The notes beneath the pieces are model-generated. The model saw nothing but the letters and a program-made list of their open reading frames with translations, was not told the DNA's origin and searched no databases. Below are positions 1-7,746 of a stretch of DNA of 26,915 nucleotides, piece after piece (the stretch's first letter is position 1; every line of letters starts with the position of its first letter). The position numbers and the translations under genes are program-made. The DNA comes from a virus (Duplodnaviria > Caudoviricetes): IMG/VR virus record IMGVR_UViG_3300049899_000297, positions 1-26,915 of that record. The stretch is one strand, 5' to 3'.

Positions 1-84
1 ATATTCATGAGTAAATACGCCAGGACTTACAATTCTTGATGAATATTTTATTAATTTTGGTCTGTTTAAGTCTGTTAATGCCAT
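1..84 (-). CDS. 5' end of the gene downstream of the tape measure (runs off the window); carries a sheath-N-terminus-like peptide
   Basis: ATG at 84, 6 nt after the tape measure stop. Manual translation MALTDLNRPKLIKYSSRIVSPGVFTHEY is open to the window edge. Not in the ORF track. Confidence 0.7.
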   Translation of the reverse strand, partial: MALTDLNRPKLIKYSSRIVSPGVFTHEY

Positions 85-90
85 CTTTAC

Positions 91-2085
91 CTATTCTGTT
101 ATTCCTCTATAAACTTTTTCTTGACCCTTTGTAGTTGCATCAATCAAGCTTTGCCTTTGTTTAGATGATTGTATTTGTCCATTACGGAGAGTATTACCAA
201 ATACTTTCATTTCACGCGATAAATCAGTAATTGCCACCACGAGCTGGGGATCACTATTCTGTAATTGACTTTGTTGTATTTCAGTTAATACGGCCTCTCC
301 ATTATTAACTTCAATATTGGCACCGTCGTGTGCTTTTGGTGGTGCGGATCCTCCATATGCAGAACCCAATCCCGTTCCTATCAAACCCCCAATAGTTGCC
401 CCAGTTGCCATTCCGGCCAATCCCTTCATGGAAAAAATTGTTCCAACACCCGGTATTGCCGCCATAGCACCAATCATAGCACCTACTAAACCCAACACTA
501 TTCCCCCTATAGCAACCCACTTATTTTTTTGGTTTTCTACTGCCGCGGCTGCTTTCTCCTCTTCTGTTATCAACTTAGCTAAATTAGTAACATCAGTGCC
601 AATTGATTTAGAAAGTAATTCTCTCTCTAGTCTATTTAATTTTTGAAATGCTGCTTCACCGCCAACCTGTCGTTTAATTTCTTCCATCATTCCTGTCAAG
701 TCATCCTGCATCATCAATCGTCTGGCAGTATCAAAATTCATCGACCTACCAAGTACAGCATTAGCTTCAAATTGTGCATTTATAGAGCCTTCTATATCTA
801 ATAAATGTGTTGCTATTTGATCAGCAACATCCAATCCTACTCCCATAGCTCTTATTTCAACAGCTGCTCTCATAAATTCTTCAGCAGATCCGTGCGCATG
901 TTTTGCCATCAATTCAGTAGAGCCAGCTATATCTTCAAATACTTTTGAAGGTAATACTCCTTTCATCCTAGCAAATTGAGCAACAGAATTCTGTACATTA
1001 ATTAATTGTTCATGACTACTATCCGATAAAGCAGTTTGTATTCTTAATATCTTTACTGCTTGATCTGCTGATATTCCATAATATAATGATTGTTTTTTAA
1101 GTTGCCATGCTATATCGAAATTAACATCATTGATGGTTCCAAACTCTTCCGCCATCGCTGAAACATATTTTTGATTAATTGCTAATGCTGGACCCATTTT
1201 GATCATCTGTCCTAGAGAAAGCCCAGTTTCAAATGCAAACTTAACCATAGAAGCTGCCATTGCAGCTACAGCAGCGCCAATTCCCAAACCTAACATCTTC
1301 AGCTTACCCCACTTCTTTTTAACTTTACCTGATGTTTTATCTACTTTTTCTTCATTTTGCCCCACTTTTGCAGTTGCTTCCGCTGCTTCTTCAGCTTTAC
1401 GAGCATCAACCTTATCTTCGGCGGTCATTTGCCACCCAGGCTTGGGTTCACTGGCGGCGGCGGCTGTAGCATCGGCAGCAACATCACCAGTACCAACATC
1501 ACTTGTCCCTGTAATTCCAGAAACTACGTCGGCTCCAACATTTCCGAGCGTTGTTGTCCATGCATCTCCCAGTATGCCTCCTGATACTTCGGCTGTCCCT
1601 CTTAATGTCTTTGCCATATTTTTGGATATATCACCAAAATTTATAAAATCTGCTAGAAACTCACCTATTACCGGAATTTCACGAACTAGATTCTCTACAC
1701 CACCCACCATTTTCTCTACAGAATTAACTCCTGCATTTACCAAATTATTATAACCTTTTTGTACTTTCTGGATTCTTCCCAACTGTTTATATTGTCTTAC
1801 TAGTTGCTTATCTCCAGCTTGTTGAGCTTCAAGAATTTTTTCACTAATATCTGCCCATTCTACAGTTTCTTTATGAATATCTCCCGTAGTTGATAAAACC
1901 TGTTTTGCTATACCTACAAAAGCTTTTTCTTCTTTTACTAAATCTCCAGTAGAATCCACAGAATCCGTTATTGATTTATTTATAGATTCCCAAATACCTG
2001 AAATAGATTTAAGTAATGCAGGTTGTGCTTTATATAGCTTATCTAATTCTTCATTATCTTTTTTTTGTTGTTTTGTTGCTGCCAT
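91..2085 (-). CDS. Tape measure protein (664 aa)
   Basis: Ala/Glu/Lys-rich, apparently helical protein with Gly-rich hydrophobic segments (LGLGIGAAVAAMAAS; IGGIVLGLVGAMIGAMAAIPG). Lies downstream of sheath, tube and chaperone genes, the canonical position. Confidence 0.8.
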   Translation of the reverse strand: MAATKQQKKDNEELDKLYKAQPALLKSISGIWESINKSITDSVDSTGDLVKEEKAFVGIAKQVLSTTGDIHKETVEWADISEKILEAQQAGDKQLVRQYKQLGRIQKVQKGYNNLVNAGVNSVEKMVGGVENLVREIPVIGEFLADFINFGDISKNMAKTLRGTAEVSGGILGDAWTTTLGNVGADVVSGITGTSDVGTGDVAADATAAAASEPKPGWQMTAEDKVDARKAEEAAEATAKVGQNEEKVDKTSGKVKKKWGKLKMLGLGIGAAVAAMAASMVKFAFETGLSLGQMIKMGPALAINQKYVSAMAEEFGTINDVNFDIAWQLKKQSLYYGISADQAVKILRIQTALSDSSHEQLINVQNSVAQFARMKGVLPSKVFEDIAGSTELMAKHAHGSAEEFMRAAVEIRAMGVGLDVADQIATHLLDIEGSINAQFEANAVLGRSMNFDTARRLMMQDDLTGMMEEIKRQVGGEAAFQKLNRLERELLSKSIGTDVTNLAKLITEEEKAAAAVENQKNKWVAIGGIVLGLVGAMIGAMAAIPGVGTIFSMKGLAGMATGATIGGLIGTGLGSAYGGSAPPKAHDGANIEVNNGEAVLTEIQQSQLQNSDPQLVVAITDLSREMKVFGNTLRNGQIQSSKQRQSLIDATTKGQEKVYRGITE

Positions 2086-2134
2086 AAGTTTTATTTTCTT
2101 TTAATTGAATAGTGTAGAATACACTATATGTAAA

Positions 2135-2383
2135 TTATCTTCCGACCAACTTATTAAGTTCCGCCGATGTAGCTGCAAATTCAGGGTCATCTTTTTTCCT
2201 TTTCTCAATATGCTGTATAATCTCTTTACCAAGTTTATCAGCAGCCGCTATATGTCTTTTCATAACTGGATCTCTTGCTAAAACTTTTAAAAGTTTTGAA
2301 GATTTTCTTTTTGCGATTGCTTTAAAAAGACCACCGAGAAATTCTGTAATTATTTTATTTTCTTTTATGATATACTTAGCCAA
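2135..2383 (-). CDS. Small basic hypothetical protein (82 aa)
   Basis: TTG start with AGGAG at 2390-2394 and the ATATTTAT motif at 2421-2428. Confidence 0.75.
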   Translation of the reverse strand: MAKYIIKENKIITEFLGGLFKAIAKRKSSKLLKVLARDPVMKRHIAAADKLGKEIIQHIEKRKKDDPEFAATSAELNKLVGR

Positions 2384-2420
2384 GATTAACTCCTAAAAAC
2401 TTAAATTGAGGGATTCATAT

Positions 2421-2428
2421 ATAAATAT
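2421..2428 (-). promoter_or_regulatory. Candidate late promoter motif ATATTTAT
   Basis: Recurring intergenic motif, about 38 nt upstream of the 82-aa gene and tape measure. Confidence 0.55.
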
Positions 2429-2436
2429 ACAGATAA

Positions 2437-2664
2437 TCATTTTTTAATTTTGGAAAAATTTGGTTGGGAGGATTTTCTTTGAGATTTTTCTATAGCTTCT
2501 TTTTCTTCCGTATAAGCCTTGTCTAATCTTTGAATATACCATCTTCTTAAATAAACCGGCATATTATAGGCTTGTTCAAAAGGTATTGAACCTCTAGAAT
2601 TAAATGTTAGTTGAAATATCTGTTCGTGGATCTGAGCTTTATACTCAGGAGGAAGGCCAAAAAA
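2437..2664 (-). CDS. T4 gp51-like / tail-assembly-chaperone second frame, probably reached by frameshift from the upstream gene
   Basis: The +1 frame is open 2437-2673 and reads FFGLPPEYKAQIHEQIFQLTFNSRGSIPFEQAYNMPVYLRRWYIQRLDKAYTEEKEAIEKSQRKSSQPNFSKIKK*. Its only ATG (2562) is internal and lacks an SD. The NMPxxxRxxY motif resembles gp51-type proteins. Confidence 0.75.
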   Translation of the reverse strand, partial: FFGLPPEYKAQIHEQIFQLTFNSRGSIPFEQAYNMPVYLRRWYIQRLDKAYTEEKEAIEKSQRKSSQPNFSKIKK

Positions 2665-2668
2665 ACTG
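2632..2668 (-). other. Putative programmed frameshift signal: CAG TTT TTT TGG plus downstream hairpin
   Basis: Run of 7 T (plus-strand A7 at 2659-2665) inside the short overlap of the two frames. Hairpin CUGAGU-AUAAA-GCUCAG at 2632-2648 begins 10 nt downstream and contains the frame-0 UGA. Confidence 0.65.
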
Positions 2669-3397
2669 TACCGTCATCGGTACCGTAATATCTACCTCCT
2701 CTCCATCCACATCAATTGATATTTCTAAATCGATATCTGGGGTGTTGTCTGAAATATATTCTCTAAATGATCTACTATCTACTGCAAAAAATTCATTATC
2801 TACAAAATTATTAACAACTGATCGTTCAGAATTACCATCAACTTCAAGTATCATGTGTTTTAATCTAGTCGTAAGAGATCTATCTATATCACTTACTTTA
2901 CTTAATGATTTAGCACGTTTTTCAATAGCATCAACATCACCACTAGTTAAAAGTTTATACTTAATAACTCTATCAGTAGTCGGTAGAGTAAATTCAAATT
3001 CATTTAGTCCTTTAGTCACTTTACTAAAATCTACTGAAATGTCCTTCAATGAAGTTAAATCCAAATTATGTGTTGTAGGTTCTCCAGTAACGGGTGACGT
3101 AACGTCAAACTCATATTGTTTACCATAAGCTAACACTCTTGCAGCTATCAATAAAGCATTTTTATCACCAATCAATAAATCATCAACTTTGACTTTTTTA
3201 TCAACTATCAAATTATCTAAAAGTACATCTAAAACAACACCTTTAGCAATAAGATTTTGTGATGTCAAAATATCTTCATCTTTCGCAGTCATGTATTTTA
3301 ATTCGATCTGGCCACTTGATAATGGGCTTTTTTCAGGATAAAAATATCCTTTAGACGGTAGATCGATAACTTCCGTCGGAAACGTAGTTTCGGGCAT
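2645..3397 (-). CDS. T4 gp26-like baseplate-hub / tail assembly chaperone (250 aa)
   Basis: Motifs IDLPSKG, KYMTAKDEDIL, DLLIGDKNALLIAAR, FTLP and C-terminal FFWP. Located between tube and tape measure. AGGAG at 3404-3408. Confidence 0.8.
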   Translation of the reverse strand: MPETTFPTEVIDLPSKGYFYPEKSPLSSGQIELKYMTAKDEDILTSQNLIAKGVVLDVLLDNLIVDKKVKVDDLLIGDKNALLIAARVLAYGKQYEFDVTSPVTGEPTTHNLDLTSLKDISVDFSKVTKGLNEFEFTLPTTDRVIKYKLLTSGDVDAIEKRAKSLSKVSDIDRSLTTRLKHMILEVDGNSERSVVNNFVDNEFFAVDSRSFREYISDNTPDIDLEISIDVDGEEVDITVPMTVQFFWPSS

Positions 3398-3459
3398 GTT
3401 ATTCTCCTTAATAAGATTTATAACTAATTGTAAATATAACTAAAATTTTTCAAATTAAA

Positions 3460-3612
3460 TTATTTTTTTGGTGCAAATTTCTCTTTGATTGGTTTAAGAA
3501 TCATATCGAAAAGAATATCGTCATATTTTGTTGGGGTAAGTTTCACAATTTTTTCAATTGCGTAAATACCAACTAAAACATATTCCCAATTTGCTGCTAT
3601 CCATTCACTCAT
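3460..3612 (-). CDS. Small membrane protein, possibly holin-like (50 aa)
   Basis: Manual translation MSEWIAANWEYVLVGIYAIEKIVKLTPTKYDDILFDMILKPIKEKFAPKK. GGAG SD at 3620-3623. Fills the gap between tube and chaperone genes. Below the ORF-track cutoff. Confidence 0.75.
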   Translation of the reverse strand: MSEWIAANWEYVLVGIYAIEKIVKLTPTKYDDILFDMILKPIKEKFAPKK

Positions 3613-3638
3613 TTTTAATCTCCGTTATTAATTTTTAA

Positions 3639-4130
3639 TTAGAATTGTAATATTGCGTAATCGTATCTAAGTGATAACTCAATATCTACTGGATCCCCAC
3701 CATTTGCAAAATCCAAATCATTAAAGTTTGCATCTTGTACCCATGCTCCTTTTAATGTCCATTCTTCAACCACATCACCAACTGGTCCTAATAAATTAAA
3801 AGATACATCTTTTTTATAAAAATCTGAATAACCATCTCTACCTGTTACGGATTCGTGTGATAATCTAACCCATTCCATTACTGCTTGTGCTGCAGAAGGT
3901 ACAACTGGGTCATATAAAGTAACTCCTAAAGGTTGCCATTCTCCTTTACCTTTAATGTATCTCTTTACATTAATATGGTCTAATACTATTTCTTCAAATG
4001 TAATCTGTGGTCTACTAGCAGTCTTAATCAAGTATGCAGGAATACCTTCTATATACATGACATACCGATTTTTCGTTTTCGGTTCAAATGGGGTAAACAT
4101 TATTTCAGTTGCGTCAATTAACTCAGGCAT
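3639..4130 (-). CDS. gp19: Tail tube protein (T4 gp19-like, 163 aa)
   Basis: Motifs EPKTKNRY, KGKGEWQPLGVTLYD, MEW, YKKD, LLGPVGDVVEEWTLKGAW, LRYDYA. Directly downstream of the sheath. Confidence 0.92.
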   Translation of the reverse strand: MPELIDATEIMFTPFEPKTKNRYVMYIEGIPAYLIKTASRPQITFEEIVLDHINVKRYIKGKGEWQPLGVTLYDPVVPSAAQAVMEWVRLSHESVTGRDGYSDFYKKDVSFNLLGPVGDVVEEWTLKGAWVQDANFNDLDFANGGDPVDIELSLRYDYAILQF

Positions 4131-4164
4131 CTTTTCTTCTCCTAAATAAGATTTCTTTTCAGTA

Positions 4165-4172
4165 ATAAATAT
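4165..4172 (-). promoter_or_regulatory. Candidate late promoter motif ATATTTAT
   Basis: About 35 nt upstream of the tube ATG and downstream of the sheath terminator, where a new promoter is needed. Confidence 0.6.
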
Positions 4173-4242
4173 AACGGTAATGAAAAATTGCGCTTATATT
4201 AATAATATCCTTTTGAAGTTTTTTTGAAGTTATTATAAAAAC

Positions 4243-4273
4243 AAAAAACCCCAGTATAAAACTGGGGCTTTTT
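4243..4273 (-). terminator. Rho-independent terminator after the sheath gene (looks bidirectional)
   Basis: Stem CCCCAGT (4249-4255) / ACTGGGG (4261-4267) with a 5-nt loop, flanked by A6 and T5 runs, about 25 nt after the sheath stop. Confidence 0.88.
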
Positions 4274-4296
4274 AGTTATCTTATTGAGATAATTTG

Positions 4297-7284
4297 TTAT
4301 TCTGGAAAGGTTGCTCCAGTAGGTTGAACAACAAAGTCCAATACAATGAACTCAGCAGTTCTTGTAGGTTGAACAAATATCTGTCCAACTAACCTATTTC
4401 TATCTATTTCATCTGGTGTATTGTTTGATTCATCCATCACTACCCTAAAAGCATTCAAACCACTATTAGCTTGTACATTTTCAAGATATGGATTAACAGT
4501 ATTCAAGAAACGATTTCTTGTTGCTGTTGTGTTCTGTTCAAACACCAAGAATTTAGATGTAGAAGCAATAAACTTCTTCAGATTAATTAACAATCTACGA
4601 ACATTAATCCTATCAAGTGCTGATGGTTTGGATTGTAATGTTTTTTGTCCAAACACCGTCGGTCCTTGACCTGGGAATGTTGCAATTGGATTAATTCTTT
4701 CTTCATAAAGCTTATCCCTCTCTGCATGATTTAACTTAAACTTAGCTCTAGATGTTATAGTCAATCCACCTCTATTTAATCCTGCAGGTGCAAACCATTC
4801 TTGACCTATTCTGTCATTAAAAGCAAATACTCCTGCTAAAGCGACTGAAGGTGGTATCCATACTGGCTCCACATTGCCGCCTTCTATGGAATAATTTACT
4901 TGTACCCAGGGATAATATGTAGCTGCATAATTGGTATCTAGTGATCCAAGAGCACTTGCTGCTTGTGAAATAGTATCTGCCCAATGGAATCCGTCCATTA
5001 TATAGAAACAATCTGCTCTTTCTTCCACCTTAGTTATAGCATGTTCGGTAATATTATTATGACAATTACCACCATCTTTACTATGAATTATTCCAGGAAT
5101 TACCAACATATTAATATCGAATTCATCTGGATTAGATATTGTATTAATAGCTCGTTTGTATAATGTAGTACCACTAGTAGTTGGAGTTGAACAATCAAAT
5201 CCCATTACATTAGTAGTAGTTACATCATTAGCCATAGATGGTTTTGAAGCTGGATCTACACCGTCGAATCCCCATTGAAAAGGAACTGCAAACCGTCTCT
5301 GACCTATATCAGAATTAGCTAATGTTATTTTTATTCTATTAGCAGTGGTTCCATCTGCAAAAGTTGAAGGACTTCCAGGTAATGTATTTGCATTAGCATG
5401 TCCAGTGCAATTATTTAAACTAAATGCTTTATTAGAACCATTTCCTGTTCCACTTGGAATAGGTGAAAGATAAGCTGCTGCATCATTATCATATTTGCCT
5501 CTTATTCTATTCGATGTTCCAATGTCCATGAAATCTAATCCATGATACGCACTTGCTTGAAAGGTTTGTTCATTAGTATTATCTACTTGTTGAAGCTTCA
5601 TTGAAGCGGAAGGTACTATAGTACCACCTGGAATTGGATTCTCTAAAGCTGCATATCCATACGGTACTACCGATTTTGGATAATTTTCTATATTTTGAAA
5701 ATCACCAACTCTACACCATTTAGATCTATTTGGAAAGCCTCCATGATAGGACAACCTACCATTAGCATCTACTACTACATGAGCATCACCTATTTGTTTT
5801 GCAAAATAGCTTGGTGAAGCTGGATTAAAATCACAATTTTCCCAAGTTTCTGGTGCTCTACCATCTAGAGGTATAATAGAAATACTAAAATCTCCATAAT
5901 CAGATCCTGGAATTGATCCAGCTGCTCTAATATTAGAAATACCTACTTTATATTCAGTATTCATATTACTGCCATGACCTAATGTATATACTCTGAATAG
6001 GTTCTTAGTAACATCAGTTGATGATCCATCCCAATCCGTTGTTCCCTGGTCTATAATATAAGGTGTTCTTGCAACACAATAATCAACATTTCCACCCCAA
6101 GTAGCTGAATCACCTACTGCATCATATTGAGCAGTATAAGCTCCATTAGTTCCACCAGCAAAATTTAATCCAGCGGATGATGAAGCACTACCAGTAACTT
6201 GTAATCCACCTAAAGATGCTCCTACCATATCTGATCTAGTATGAAAAGCTTTATAAAGATACACATAATCAGTATTACTTAACGGATCTGATGAGATCTT
6301 TTTAGCAAAATAATTTGCACTACCACTATCAAAACTCAAATCAGTAATAGTTTGATGTATTCCCCCTGAACCACTTATTTTTAAATCAAACAGGTTATCA
6401 ATATCATCTATTGTTGTTACCTTAGCTGAAGCTGCAATTCCAACACTCTGTCCAAGTCTTGTATTAGCTAGAGTAAAAATCACCGAATCAGGAAGTGGTC
6501 CGACACCTCCAGCAAAATCTCCTGCAGTTAATTGACTTATATTTGTAGTTGTTACAGTATTACCATCATTACCTATAGTTGCCTGTGTAAAAACAATTGA
6601 CTGATTTCCATCAGTTGCTACCAAATCAGCACCGGCTGTAATTAAACCATTATGTCCATTAGCATGTACTATGGCTGCTTTAAGTTCAGTTAAAACCGCC
6701 GCCTGTGTGTGAGTATTCAAGTTATTAGCTACAGCGACACAAGTGCCGAGATCAGTAGTACTAGACGGAATTGTTCCAGCGCCTATATCTGCGCCTGTTG
6801 CTAAAACAGTACCTGTTGCCGAAGCTCCACTTTCGGAATTGTCGCTAAGTACATACACTCTTTTTGTACCATTGCTGGACGTAATTACGACATATTCACC
6901 TTCTGTAAATTGACCTGATGTAGCATCATCGCCGTCCGCAACAGTTAGTGTTGCAGTTGCCGCCGCGTCAGCTGCATCCGACCCTGTACAGGCTACATTC
7001 ACATAATCTGCTCTATATCCACCTGTATGCATTACCCGAACTACCGTTACGCTAGATGCGGATTTTAAGTATTCTTGTACTGCGAAGGGAACATACGATG
7101 TTTTTATATTTTGACCAAATCTTTCTTCAAATTCTCCACCACTCGTTATAATAGTTGGAACGAACGCTGGACCTTTTTGAGTTGGTCCAATCATTGCTGC
7201 TCCAATATTAGCAACACCTTGTGGGAGATAAGAAAGATCTGTTTCCTGGGTAAATACGCCAGGACTTACAATTCTCTCGGCCAT
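4297..7284 (-). CDS. gp18: Contractile tail sheath protein (T4 gp18-like, 995 aa)
   Basis: N-terminal SPGVFTQETD and GPTQKGP. C-terminal YAATYYPW, WFAPAGLNRG, RDKLYEERINPI, GQKTLQ, ALDRINVRRL, FEQN, NNTPDEIDRN and QPTRTAEFI. Confidence 0.96.
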   Translation of the reverse strand: MAERIVSPGVFTQETDLSYLPQGVANIGAAMIGPTQKGPAFVPTIITSGGEFEERFGQNIKTSYVPFAVQEYLKSASSVTVVRVMHTGGYRADYVNVACTGSDAADAAATATLTVADGDDATSGQFTEGEYVVITSSNGTKRVYVLSDNSESGASATGTVLATGADIGAGTIPSSTTDLGTCVAVANNLNTHTQAAVLTELKAAIVHANGHNGLITAGADLVATDGNQSIVFTQATIGNDGNTVTTTNISQLTAGDFAGGVGPLPDSVIFTLANTRLGQSVGIAASAKVTTIDDIDNLFDLKISGSGGIHQTITDLSFDSGSANYFAKKISSDPLSNTDYVYLYKAFHTRSDMVGASLGGLQVTGSASSSAGLNFAGGTNGAYTAQYDAVGDSATWGGNVDYCVARTPYIIDQGTTDWDGSSTDVTKNLFRVYTLGHGSNMNTEYKVGISNIRAAGSIPGSDYGDFSISIIPLDGRAPETWENCDFNPASPSYFAKQIGDAHVVVDANGRLSYHGGFPNRSKWCRVGDFQNIENYPKSVVPYGYAALENPIPGGTIVPSASMKLQQVDNTNEQTFQASAYHGLDFMDIGTSNRIRGKYDNDAAAYLSPIPSGTGNGSNKAFSLNNCTGHANANTLPGSPSTFADGTTANRIKITLANSDIGQRRFAVPFQWGFDGVDPASKPSMANDVTTTNVMGFDCSTPTTSGTTLYKRAINTISNPDEFDINMLVIPGIIHSKDGGNCHNNITEHAITKVEERADCFYIMDGFHWADTISQAASALGSLDTNYAATYYPWVQVNYSIEGGNVEPVWIPPSVALAGVFAFNDRIGQEWFAPAGLNRGGLTITSRAKFKLNHAERDKLYEERINPIATFPGQGPTVFGQKTLQSKPSALDRINVRRLLINLKKFIASTSKFLVFEQNTTATRNRFLNTVNPYLENVQANSGLNAFRVVMDESNNTPDEIDRNRLVGQIFVQPTRTAEFIVLDFVVQPTGATFPE

Positions 7285-7342
7285 TTAAATTCTCCTAGAT
7301 TTTAGATTAAAAATTAGTTATAATAGTTAAATATTATTTAAT

Positions 7343-7350
7343 ATAAATAT
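7343..7350 (-). promoter_or_regulatory. Candidate late promoter motif ATATTTAT
   Basis: About 59 nt upstream of the sheath ATG. Confidence 0.55.
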
Positions 7351-7369
7351 AAAATTAAAATCCCAAAAG

Positions 7370-7663
7370 TTACTCATTCGGCGTAAAAATACCAGTATCT
7401 AGGTCTAAATTTCCAATTCCATACTTAGCAGTTAGGTCGTCAACAAGTTTTCTCTCATCTTCTTGAGCAGTTGCATGTTGCGCTAACAATTCTTCTTTTT
7501 GAGTATCCAAAGAATCCAAATTTTCTTGCAATCTCTCAGATGCAATTGAAACTTGTCCAAGATTTACTGTAACTTGAGTATAACGACTTTGTAATTCTCT
7601 AATTTTTGTAGTTTCTTCTTCAGCAATCTTAACTTCTTTAGTTTTAGTTTCCGTTTCAGGCAT
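7370..7663 (-). CDS. Small acidic coiled-coil protein (97 aa), possible fibre-assembly chaperone
   Basis: Heptad-like helix followed by KYGIGNLDLDTGIF. AGGAG SD at 7672-7676. Follows the long fibre gene. Function is inferred only. Confidence 0.75.
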   Translation of the reverse strand: MPETETKTKEVKIAEEETTKIRELQSRYTQVTVNLGQVSIASERLQENLDSLDTQKEELLAQHATAQEDERKLVDDLTAKYGIGNLDLDTGIFTPNE

Positions 7664-7746
7664 GTTTATAACTCCTATTTTGTCTTAGTTAATAGTTAAT
7701 TTATTTATCAAGTATATATATCGTTAAATTTATTCAAATAACAATT

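Noticed and set aside
1-46. CRISPR spacer/repeat interpretation of the sheath-matching segment
   Set aside because: No direct repeats or array are visible. The match is in frame in a coding sequence with only third-position mismatches.
311-5011. Alternate-frame minus-strand ORFs 311-520 and 4817-5011
   Set aside because: Short, nested inside the tape measure and sheath genes, with no initiation signals or sensible composition.
3421-7698. Paired TAGTTA/TAACTA hexamers at 3421/3437, 7315/7324 and 7686/7693
   Set aside because: Short AT-rich words with inconsistent spacing and orientation; not distinguishable from chance by eye.
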